Shown in pieces: positions 1 to 12,000 of a stretch of DNA of 64,000 nucleotides; position 1 is the stretch's first letter; each line of letters starts with the position of its first letter. Origin of the DNA: Antedon mediterranea (lineage: Eukaryota; Animalia; Echinodermata); assembly GCF_964355755.1 (NCBI RefSeq), contig NC_092678.1, forward strand, positions 5,472,422 to 5,536,421. Reading direction: 5' to 3'. The notes beneath the pieces are model-generated. The model ran no database searches. It was not told the origin of the DNA and saw nothing but the letters and a program-made list of their open reading frames with translations. The translations under genes and the position numbers were made by a program.

Positions 1-801
1 GTACCACTGGGACTTGTACGTACCATTGACGACCTAGAAGAACACAAAGTATCAGATGTAGTATTAAACTCCGATGGTTTTATATTAGTAGCAAGCTATT
101 GTAATCAGATTCTGAAGTATAATCAATCAGGTGAAATTGCTGCCAATGATGAAGTGACACCGAACACTAAGTTGAATAAGATGCACAAAATGGGTAATGG
201 TTACATTTTGTATAGTGACACAGAAGGGAAGAGAGTTGTAATGTATACTAACAAACTTAAAGAAATAAGACAATTTGGTAAAGGAATATTGGAATGTCCA
301 ATGGGGTTGACAGTAAACAACAAAACAAATTCTATGTATGTTGCAGATGAAAAACTTAATTGTGTATTCAAATTTGATGTTGATGATGATACAAAACGGG
401 ATGAGATAGGTTCTAAAAATAGAGAACAAGCTAAACTGAATTGTCCGTGCGATGTCACTTTAAACAAGGAAGGTCATTTAATGGTTACCGACTCTGGTAA
501 TCATAGAATACTAGTGTTTGATGCAGATGGTACCTTTATTAAAAGACTTATAAGCAAAGGTGAGGAAGATGGGAAAGTTATCCATCCTAATGCTATAGTA
601 ATGGACATGGATGAAAACATAATAGTAACGAGTGAAAATAAAGTACAATTATTTCATAAAAATGGTGATTTTATAAAACGAATAGATGGCATAAACGACA
701 GTATTGATAAACCATGTGGAATCAGTGTGATCTCCAATAGACCAAGGAGAGTAGCCATTGCAAATGGTGGAAAGAACAATGTGAAAATATTTAATTACTA
801 A
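1..801 (+). CDS. NHL-repeat beta-propeller protein, 3' part of terminal exon (5'-truncated by window); paralog of the 13774-18805 gene
   Basis: Frame 1 is open from base 1 (VPLGLVRTIDD...) to TAA at 801. It has NHL blades (CPMGLTV, MYVAD, DSGNHRILVFDADG) and aligns collinearly with 17986-18805, ending NVKIFNY vs NVKILNY. Confidence 0.9.
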   Translation, partial: VPLGLVRTIDDLEEHKVSDVVLNSDGFILVASYCNQILKYNQSGEIAANDEVTPNTKLNKMHKMGNGYILYSDTEGKRVVMYTNKLKEIRQFGKGILECPMGLTVNNKTNSMYVADEKLNCVFKFDVDDDTKRDEIGSKNREQAKLNCPCDVTLNKEGHLMVTDSGNHRILVFDADGTFIKRLISKGEEDGKVIHPNAIVMDMDENIIVTSENKVQLFHKNGDFIKRIDGINDSIDKPCGISVISNRPRRVAIANGGKNNVKIFNY

Positions 802-1067
802 ACAGCCAAATGTTTTTGAAAATCACATATCATTATAGTTTTTTAAACTTTTTAAACATTCTTTTAATTATAAAGGACCTAAATATTTTAACTCTTTAGA
901 CGTTCAATTAGAAATTGCAATACTTTTTTAAATTTTAAAAGTAAATTAAAGAATTTTATGCTTAATAATGATACATTTTAAATGTTTATCTTCCTAACCT
1001 TTTTACATCTTTCCTTTTAATTTATATATATATATAATGATATATATATAATGATATAATGATATAA

Positions 1068-1230
1068 TGATGAAGGGCTAGTGTTGCCCGAAAGCTCTGC
1101 TAACTTTTCTGGCTGTTTACTTTATCGTTTTGATTTAGCTTTTCGCTTTTTATTTTTGAATCTCCATTGAGATCCAGCCACTGATACCCACAGCATTGTC
1201 ATTTTTTTCAGTAATTTGCCTTTGGATTTA
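1068..1230 (+). mobile_element. Penelope-like element pLTR fragment with a 5'-truncated minimal hammerhead ribozyme core
   Basis: TGATGA-A-GGGC-tagtgtt-GCCC-GAAA-GC-TC at 1068-1097, followed by T-rich sequence. It is embedded in a (TA)n tract, and the conserved C of CUGAUGA is missing. Confidence 0.55.
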
Positions 1231-1861
1231 TATATATATACTTTATTGAATTTTAACTATTGTAATATATTTTTTTACTTGTAATGTTGTAATGTAGCTT
1301 GTATTGTTGAGGGCCCCTTGAAATATTGTTGAATAAATAAATGAATTCATTATTTGAAAAAGTTGCTATTGCATAACAATTTCAAAAGCAACATTTTTTA
1401 AGCATATTACTGACAATTACCAAGCAACTTTAATAATGTACAATATTTGTACTGCATGTAATATAATGTATGATAATGAAATGTCATGATCTTTAAATAC
1501 AAAATTCATATTTTTAAGTTTTATCTGAAAATCACAGACAATTTATGTGTTATTTATATTTTATTCATAGGGTATGTAGAGAAAGGTTTATAATGAAATC
1601 AGTAATTAGTTGAAAAAAGTAATATAAAATAAAGCCATAAAGGTACAAAATATGCTTTGTGAACTGATATGTGATCTTTTAGTTGTGCGTCTTTAGTGAG
1701 CAATTAGTCTACAGTAATAGATAGGCATACGAAACAGCATAAATACTACCTTGTGAACAGATAGGCACACTCCTATACATGTTAAGACAAACAAATAACT
1801 GACACCACTACATACAGTTGTTGGATTACTTCACTCTACTTTAGTTAGTTAGTGTCCTTAC

Positions 1862-2031
1862 CTTCTTTTTGCTGGTAGGGTTGACAATGACAGACTGTTT
1901 CATCGGGGATTTCACTTCTATTTTAACATTAACAAGACTGTAGCTTGCCAGTTGCTGCAGGACTGGTTCACCAGGTGCTGTTTCTACTGGTAACAATTTT
2001 AGTGGCTGAATATCAATCAATGACTTCACAT
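1862..2031 (-). pseudogene. Orphan duplicate of WD40-gene exon 22 (19538-19701)
   Basis: Encodes DVKSLIDIQPLKLLPVETAPGEP... vs DVMSLIDVQPPKPLPVETAPDEP.... About 27 mismatches in 164 nt by hand count, plus a 6-nt indel. Same acceptor (TACTTTCAG) and donor (GTAAGG). Lies beyond the host stop at 3051. Confidence 0.75.
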
Positions 2032-3050
2032 CTGAAAGTAAATGGTCAATACATTTTCTGTCAGTAGATCAATCAATTATGATATTAATATTTGAGGCTA
2101 TATACAATTTACTTGAATTACAAAATAATTGATTGGTCGCGTAAAATAAATTCATCATTACTATTTCAGAAAAAAAGGCAAACATCTACTCACCATATAA
2201 TTATTCTTAAAAGATGAGCTTAATCAACAATGTGCAGCAACAAGAATTATGCTAACTAACTAAAATATACAAGTATTGTATGCAGTGTTCTCTTTATTGA
2301 TCCAATTGATCAATCACTCTTGGTTAATGTTTTAAACTCAAAGACAAGTGTTTATTTAATTCCTGTTAGGAGTCAAGTTATTCCTGTAAATCTTGATGGC
2401 AAAATCTGCTTCAGAGAACACTGGTATCAGGTCACTTTACACACAACAAAACTACAATTTTAGGTCCATTTTCCTTTATAATTATATACTTCTTACAAAT
2501 ATTAATAAACAAAAACAGTATTAAGTGTATGAATTTATTGTTATGAATGCAAAATATGCATTTTATAATCAACTTAAGTAATAGCATACCAAGTGGTTGT
2601 GTGTAAATTGCTCATGTACACAATTCGGTATAAAGAAATACAGTATGTACAGTACACTATTGGAAAAGAGTAGGAATCATCTGGCGGTATGCTGATCATG
2701 GTCATGTGCACTGGGGTCTCTGGGAGGACAGTCTTTTACTGAAGATGTCCCCCAGTATAAAGAAACAAATAAAAACAATTACATAAAGTTAAATAGATTA
2801 TACAACCTCAGAATATAGTATTTAGTATTCTGATTGTTATGAAAGCAGTAGTTATAATTTTCAATCAAAATAAAAAAGTTTGTCTTTTTATTGCACTGCA
2901 CATGGAAGTATTAAAAAAATTATAAATAATGTACAAATACACTAATTAATTCTTGACAAGAAAAACAATTCTTGATATGGTTTTTTGACGAACACATTAA
3001 AAAATTGTGATGCAATGTCATTCTGGAGAATTATACAAAAATAAACATTT

Positions 3051-6000
3051 TTACAAGTAGGATACCAAAACGTTTGGTGTTGGAATATTCCTTTCAAGCT
3101 CATCATGATGGATGATTCTTCTTCTCATCTCTGGAAATCTTTCCATCAGTAAATGTTCTTCCAGTGGTGAAGGCGTCAGTCTGGCTGTTGGATGAAATGG
3201 CTTGAGCAAAACAAATCTAGAAGTGCATAAAACAAACAAAAAGCAATGAAGTTTCACCACATAAATTCAGCTTTGTTGTGAGTGATGATGATAATATGTT
3301 GATGATGATGATAATGTTGATGGTAGCCATAGTGATGATGATCCTTCTCATAAAGATAAAAATATGAATAGTAACTAATTGATACAAGTCATACTTGGCC
3401 TTGTTTGGGATGGATTGAGGTGTGTGAGGGCGCCGTACAAGCATTGGTCCTGATATCCCATCAGCCTTCTCAAACATCTCTTTGTTTGAGCTTCTCAATA
3501 TTTTTGGGTGTTTATTTAGACGAAACCTGAAAAACAATTTACAATTTTACTCAGTAAACTGGAACACAAACGAGGCTGAATAGATGAAAAAACAGGAAAT
3601 ATAGTATTGTGTGAATGATGACATAATATTACACACAGTAATAAATAGTCTGTACTGAGCATGCTCAAAAGTAGAAAACACATCAATACCTGTATGCCAT
3701 TTCTTGACTCAGATCATTTGTTTCTTTATAGTGTTTAGGTTGTGGTGGTGTACCAGGACGTGCTTTCATTGCTGGTGACTGATGCTTCTTAAGTAGATCA
3801 AGTGAACTATCTGAACGTGTTAGGCAATCTGTAGAATAGTGTTAAGAACTTGTATTATTGCTTAGATGGACATGACATTGCAACAAAATACACTATAAAA
3901 TTTCAAATAAATTTTAAATAAAATGCAAAATTTTAAAGTAAAAGGAGACTCACACGTATTAGTTTGGTCAGGGATATCAGTTGAGCCACTACGATGGCCC
4001 TTAAGTGCCTTCTGACGCTGTATTAGATGAGCCTCTTGCTCAGAAATGTCACCAGAGCAATTATGATGGCCAAGAAGTGACTTTCTTCGTTGCCTAAGAC
4101 GCTCCTCCATTATTTGACGTTTTTCAAATGCAAAACGAGCACGTTCTGCCTTTTTTAAACGAAGTAGTTGATTCCTAAATTTTAAAAGAAAAACATTTTA
4201 AAACTTAGCTTACATAAGTAAAATTTAAATAAACTAAACATTTTTATTAGAAAAAGTAAATGTACCTACCTCTCTATCATCCTATCTTGCCAGTTGTCAT
4301 CAAACCTTGTTCCATTGTTTTTTAATAAATCAACAGGACTTCTGTATAAATAACAAAAAGCTAATTTTTTATTTCATATTTTAATATCAATCCGTCTGGA
4401 AATCTTTTCATAGCATATGGGTACTATTTGTATTTATGTTCATTACTTTACAAAAAGTAAAACCAATATAGATTATGTTAACTGCATACTGCTTTTTTAG
4501 GAATTATATGTGTACCAAAAACCTTGCTTTACTAGTGTCATCAACTCACCCTGGCAAACTGATATTTCTTTGTAAGTAATGCGAATCAAATGACATCTTG
4601 AAGACAAAAAAAGACAAAATCATATTTTTTTTTTAAAACAAAGAAAAAACATATTTTATTTTATTATACATATATATTTACTAATCTTTAATGCCTCTCT
4701 CAGGCAACTTAGTATTTCTCTCAGGCTGTTCATTTAACTTTTTTGTTTTACCCACAGCAAGGTGTAATCCAGTAAATTATTATTAATTACTATTATTATT
4801 AACACATATAAATCTTACATCATCCTGTAAGGCATAAAGATCTCCTGTCGCAACTGTATGAGGGCGCTCTAAAGAATATCGTCTTCCTTTAATAAAGAAA
4901 AATAATTTATTATGATTAATTAAAACATACTTATAAGAATACTTTATAATTTGTTTCATGATTTTGTTAACAAAATGTTTCATATTATCTTTCATTTAAG
5001 TCTTACTGTTTCCATATTCCGCTGTGTTTGGTCTCGCAATTGTCCCGTCATCTACAGTAGATTTCAAACACATGTTCATGTCAGAGAACAATGGATGAAT
5101 AAGACTTTCTTTTGACCTTCCTCTGACCCCACTTTCTTCTTCAAAATACGATGGCTCATCTGTACTCTGTTGTTGCAATCTCATTAATGATTTTAAACCT
5201 TTAGACTCCTTAAGTCTTCTAGAAGTGTTCTTTTTCTCATCCCTAGATTCCTCTATTAAATACTCTTCTTCCTCTAAGTTTGGATCATCTGTATCTATAC
5301 AGCTAGGCTTGGTTGCTCTACTCGAGATGGCAGAGCTTGTATGGTACTTAGTGCTTGTTGTGACAGAGGCTGAGCTAGGCCTGCTTTCTTCTTTGCTAAT
5401 TGACTTCCTTGATGCTTTATGAAGACTGTACTTCTCAGTGATGGAAAGTCTTGAGGCTGCTTTTAAAAATGACATACTTCCTACAATACAAAGTATAAAA
5501 TATAAAGCTATATATACTGTATGCATGTAGTAAGTAGATGAATATTTGTTAAAATGATCCACTGTCTCTTTTAGCTGTAAAAGTTGTATATGTTCTCTAA
5601 ACCTAAGCTAGTCAATTCACAGCCTTTATTTAAGGAGATACACAGAGCATCTTCCTTTTCCATACCTGTATCTTTTGATTTCTTAGTGTCTGCTTCTTCT
5701 TTCTGCTTTCCTTCAAATCTTTTATCTTTCAGTAAGTTATCTTTTGATTTTCTTTTATCATTTAAATTCCTCTTTTGTTTTAATCCTTTTCTCTCTGTTG
5801 AATCCTCCTGGTTTATTTGTTTCTCTGTCATTTTTGATTTCTTCCCTTTCTCCATCTTCTCTCCATATGGTAACCTATCGTTACTCTTTGCACTTGAAGG
5901 ATGTCCTACTTTTAATTTCCCATCAGGAATGCTTATCACTGAGATGACATCAGATTCCTTTCCCTTAAAAGGGAAATAAAAACAACATCAAGACTTTAAC

Positions 6001-9000
6001 CTCTATCTACACTATCAAAGTTTATGTGAAAAAAAATGTAATATCATATTTGGGCATATCACTACAATATTTGGGCACATCACACCTTTTTTGTCAAACT
6101 AGTTTGATAGTTGAGACAGAGCTTAAATCGCCACTAGACAGAAAATCAAATATTTACCTCAGTACCACTAGCAGATGAAGGTTTCAGTTTCCACACATCA
6201 GTAGTAGCATCACTCTCAGCTTCTCTGCTACTGTCCAATACAAGCGCAGCCCCAACTCCCTCTGCCTCTGGTGAGGTCTGTGACTTAAGCTCAAGTGCCA
6301 GGCCAGCTTGGCTTCCTGATGCTGGCTGAGCTACATCTGATGACACATGGAGAGCAATATCTGATTCAACAATTGCTTCTTCAGCTTCACTTTCATCTGC
6401 CTTTGTATATGTGTCATTTTTAGTAATCTGTTTACAAAATACAAATATATACAAATAAAATGTGTATGGATTAATTATATAAAAACCTATTTAAACTATA
6501 CTACTGTTTGTAATACAATAAAAAAAAAGGTAATATGTATACATACTTATTTAACAACCACATTCAAACAGAGTTGATCCATAGAGTTCCTTACTTTTAT
6601 TGGGACAGATGATTCACTATTCAATGTCATCCTCTTCCTTTACTGTTCAGAACTTGAGTATAATCCCAACCGGGAGATTTAAATCTTGCTGGTCACACAC
6701 AGGTGGATATTAGGAACTTTTAGATGGAATAAATTACAAAAAACCTCTTTCCTTTTCTAAAATATATACAAATGACATACCTTCCTTTGGTTAGTTGACT
6801 GTGAATTCTGTAGATCACCTGACACTGTAGATACTGTCTGTTTGGATCTTGTTTTGTTCTTTGCTAGTGTCCTAGTACCTTTTTGTGTCTTCTTCAGAAT
6901 AACTCGCTTAGAGGCTGAACTGGGTTTCTACAATTAATTAATTATCTGTATATTATTCTTCGCAAGGTAAGGTGAATGCAACGCCTAACTAGGCAGGCTT
7001 ATTACATAAAGGAGGCCTAGCTACCCGACCCAGCAGTAGATATTCTACTTGTTATTGGCTATACAATATAATAGATATCAACTTTTATATCGGTAAAATA
7101 TAAGATTTGATATTCCCTCGGGAAGGATATTTTGTTCGAGGGAATATATATTTCCCTCTAACAAAATATCATTCCCTCAGGGATATCAAATCTTATATTT
7201 AACCTTTAAGCAGGCAATATCTGTATAATATAAGATGATAATTTTGATTACAGCTTGTGTATACAAAACAAGTCTTACTTCATTTATCTTGGTTTCTGTA
7301 TCACTTTTCTGGTGACTAACAGCCTATTTAAAATTTAAAGAAAATTAAGATAATGTCATGTAGATTTAGTCGTGTTCACAAATCTATATATAAATTTACG
7401 TAAGGGCAAAATTCGGTAAATCGCGCCTTACTTCTAGAATTTTCACTCGATGGTATGTAAAGTTGGTTCGTACTTTCGGTACTGATTTTAACCGCCTGAT
7501 GTAACCCTGTTTACTAATTAAATTGAGTTAGATAATTAGTTATTGACGATTAAAACGAATTTAGGTTCAAAGATTTGCCCCAAATAGGGGTGTTTTCCGA
7601 TCGTGGTATACACTGTCTAATGGATGTCCATCTTGAAAAATACCTGCCAAAAAAATGCGAGGAGGCTTCGCATTTTTCTATCTCCTCCTACGATAATTGT
7701 TTTTAATAGCTGAAAACCGGTTGAACAGCTAGAGTACACCATCATAATGTTGAAGACAGGCCGATTTTCTTTAAAAAATACTATTTTGATAGATTTAATA
7801 TACGATTATACAAATGTATTGATTTGCGATGAATGGAACATCCCAATCTCTCAGTCTGCCAGAGTTTGGTTTAACACAAGTACTGTAGGTAAATTTATGA
7901 GCCCTTGGTTTAACACATACGGTAGGTAAATATATGGGCCCTTTGAGAATAAACTTGCAATACTTTGACAATACTGTAAATACCTATTAACTATTTTTCA
8001 TTTGAATCGAACATTTCTTACTGTGAATGTTCGTACTGTTAGATGTAATATAAAAATATATACAAATAAACTTTATTACTGAGACTGTGGATAGGCTCTA
8101 CTGTTAGATATACAAATAAACTTTATACTGACAGTTCCTTCTCAACGTTTGTATTAATTAATAATTACCAAAAATATAAACGTCGTAGTGGTGTATCGTG
8201 ACATGTACTTTAATATTTCAATCGATTATGACAGTGACAGTTTTAACAAAGTATTAAATCGCAAATGTTTTAGGCCTACTGTATTTAGAGGTATATTATT
8301 TATAGGCCTATAAAACATGAACAAAATATTTCGTTACTCAGTGGATAAAGAATATATTTAAAAATTGTTCCTCTTTGTACCTATCCGCTTTCCCATCCCT
8401 CAACCCTAATGTTACATAGCGAGGAGGCTTCGCATTTTCCTATCTCCTCCTACGATAATTGTTTTTAATAGCTGAAAACCGGTTGAACAGCTAGAGTACA
8501 CCATCATAATGTTGAAGACAGGCCGATTTTCTTTAAAAAATACTATTTTGATAGATTGCTAGAGTACACCATCATAATGTTGAAGACAGGCCGATTTTCT
8601 TTAAAAAATACTATTTTGATAGATTTAATATACGATTATACAAATGTATTGATTTGCGATGAATGGAACATCCAGTTTGGTTTAACACAAGTACTGTAGG
8701 TAAATTTATGAGCCCTTGGTTTAACACATACGGTAGGTAAATATATGGGCCCTTTGAGAATAAACTTGCAATAGGTTCGGAAAATGTTAAAAACCAATTT
8801 CTATTATTTGAATCGGTAAACAGTTTCCATTTATTATACATTGATAATGAAACATGAAATATTCCTATTTATGTCCCTCGAGGTTCATTACAATTTATAT
8901 TTAGTAGTCCCACGGACTTCATCTTAGCCACTCCCCCGAGTGCTAAGGCCAAATTTATGATACCCTACTTTCTATGTAAGTTTAGTTACAGTTAGTTCTT

Positions 9001-12000
9001 GACGATAATACAACGAATTTAGGTTACACCCTTCGGCCGCGAAACTGTTTCTGTACAAATATGATACCGATTGGCTTTATTTCATTCAACAGCGACCATA
9101 ATCTCGCCAATTACAGGATAGATAAACTATTTTATTATTGATGTGCTTATAAATTAAGACTCATGTAAACAGCTTGATTACATCATTTTACAGACAAACG
9201 AAACTTTTTTAAACCTACTGTTTCAATAACTGAGTATAATACTGTATACGTTTTCATAAGTAAGTGCATATACATTTTCGTGTTTTCATTGACGAGATTG
9301 TAATAGTAACTTCAGTAACTATTACAGATACTTATTTATTATACGACACAAGACAATTGTATCTGACAGGTACGTACATTATTCTAAAAAATAAGTCTAG
9401 ATAGATCCCTTAGGCGTCATAAATCACAGGCCAACAAATCAGTACTCATGACAGAAATTCGACCCAGTTTGGTTCACACAAATGTTTACAGGAAGTTCAA
9501 CACCACAACCGATGATTTGCCCTAAATATTTAGGTAGACTACAGTTTAATTTTTCACTGAATAGGAGCTTGAATTTCCAATTTCCATTTCGCAGAATGTC
9601 TAGGTCTATTTATTTAGTTTGGTTCTTATAATATATAAATACAATCAACTTTATTACTGCGGTTCCATCACCACCACCACGTGCCGCCGCCCAATTCCCG
9701 TACATACATTTCCATTTCTCCCTAATTTCTTTAATCCACATAAATTAATTGTCCTTTATGGAATCCAGTATTGGTTTTGTTGTCTCTATTTCTGAATACC
9801 CCAATTAGGGGGACACTTCCGTTTTTGTTTAGTGTCCCAAAAAAGTCCCCGTCCGTGGATTCTACTGTATTCGAGAACCATCTGTGAGCACCCCTAGATG
9901 GTACGCGAGCGAAGCGAGCGTGCCATCTAGTTATAATAATTAATATAATTATATTTGATTAGTACTAAGAATGAGAGTTGTTTCTTGCCACACACATTAA
10001 CAAAACTCATGGAACAGAAGTCTCCATTTTGGTGCTACCTGTGGAAAAAGTCGCAGTTTTTAATTGTCATGAATTTAAATGCCTCTTAATTTTGTATGGT
10101 ACATATATGTGAATGGACTAAGATAAAAATTCAAACATGAGATGTTTATCTTGAAATATTCTAATAATTAATAATCAATGTGAAATGTATTGACAGAAAA
10201 CAAACAAAAATGGTGGGTATACAAACATGTAAATATATATTCAGAATTAATATTGATGTTTGTTATATTGATGTTTTTTAAACACAATGTTGTACTCGGC
10301 ACTTCATTGAAAATTTATAATCCATTGTGAACTGTACCTATTGTTATATTTCATTAAGTAAATAAAGTATTTTGCATTAAATAAACATAAATTGGCACAA
10401 GGTATACATAATACAATTTCAAAACGGTACTAAATGCCATAAAGTGTAAATATTCCAGACTAGAAGTACTGTATGAAATACATTATTATCTTCTGATAAG
10501 ATAATAAACACAAAGCTTTGGTACTGCACTGAATAGCTGACCCTTGACCCTCACTAGCTACGATTTATTTTAATCAATAGTAATCATTTTCCATAATATA
10601 AATAGCAGGGAATTTCCAGTTTGTAAAGCTTCTGCTATTTTGAGGCTATTTTAAGGTCGGAAAGGTAGAATGTATTGTGGATAGATTAATACTCAATGTA
10701 CTGTATTGGCAACGATTCTGAGCGGAAGTGGAACTGAAACCAGCGGTAAGTAATATGCAATAATTGGTGTAGAAATTAATGATCTCGTCTGCAACATTCT
10801 CTAATAAAATATATATATATATACAGAGGGTTTGAGAATTCAGATCAAATGTAAAGTCAAAAAGAATACTAGTGTTTTGTAAGGAACCATTAATAAGAAT
10901 TACAATGTAATACCACCTTATTTACATTTCATTTCATTTCATTTATTTCGTCTCACATAATTATACCAAAAACATAACAAACAATAGAGAGAGACATGAT
11001 TCCCAAAAGCGAACTAAATCAAACTATCCAGCAAAACAAAATCATCCAACAATAAAATACAAAATTACAACATTAAAAACAACGTGAAGATTAAAAAGTA
11101 CAAAATATCTATACAAAAGTTACCCAAGACATTATTTTTATTATTATTATTGTTATTATTACTGTTATAATTATCACAGATATCAAATGAAGTTTCAATT
11201 TTTCGTGGATTAATGGCCGATAGTTGTAAAAGAATAAAAGGAAATATTTTGCTTAAAATAACATTTTAATTTATTAATAAATAAGCCTAAGTTAATCGGG
11301 AGCGTATTTCTAAGATCCTGAGGCAACCTATCCCATGAGCGTTGAAACTGCTTAAATGTAGAAAATTTAGACTTTTCAGTCCTACCAAACTTGTGAACAA
11401 ATCTTAGATCATTGTCACGCCTGAGGTTAAACTGAACAAAATCAAAAATTTTAAAATTATATTTGTTATAGAGATATTTGGAAACAAAGGAAATCAACAG
11501 GTAATTTATACGACCATCAAAGGATGGAAGACCAAGAACTCCAAGTCTCTGCTCATAAGAGGATTTAGGTATACAAACCCTGGTCATGCGGCGTTTAACC
11601 CGCTCTAAAGATTCAATCTCTCTCTTGCAATACGGAAACAACGCCGGCATCCCATACTCCATAATAGGTCTAACAAGAGCATTAAAAAGCTTCGGGATAA
11701 CGATGTGGTTTCTAAAACGCACGACCCTCATGATAAACCCCAGAAGCCTGGACGCCTTAGCCTTAACATTTGCGACATGGGTACCCCATTCAAGCTTGTG
11801 TGTAAAGGTAATCCCAATATATTTAAAACACTCCACCCTCTCAATAACGTTCTCCCCAATTAGATAATTGATTGCACTGTTCTTAAGTTTGGCTGATCTA
11901 GTAAACCGTATGTGCTTACATTTAATAGGATTAAGCGGTAATTTATTAACAACACTCCAATTATAAATTTCGTTTATGTCGTTCTGCAATGCAGCACTTT

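Noticed and set aside
127-467. Antisense ORFs over real exons (127-429, 201-467, 5584-5979, 11586-11867, 17479-18087, 47871-48173)
   Set aside because: Shadow frames with no domain signal or splice support.
2740-3065. GTATCCT at 3065 (minus) as a U12-type donor extending the WD40 gene
   Set aside because: Imperfect consensus (GTATCCTAC) and no convincing U12 branch point/acceptor pair; the frame closes naturally at 3051. RNA-seq would settle it.
9894-9931. CTAGATGGTACGCGAGCGAAGCGAGCGTGCCATCTAG hairpin as a structured RNA or terminator
   Set aside because: Matches a Helitron-type terminal hairpin ending in CTAG; the rest of the element could not be delimited.
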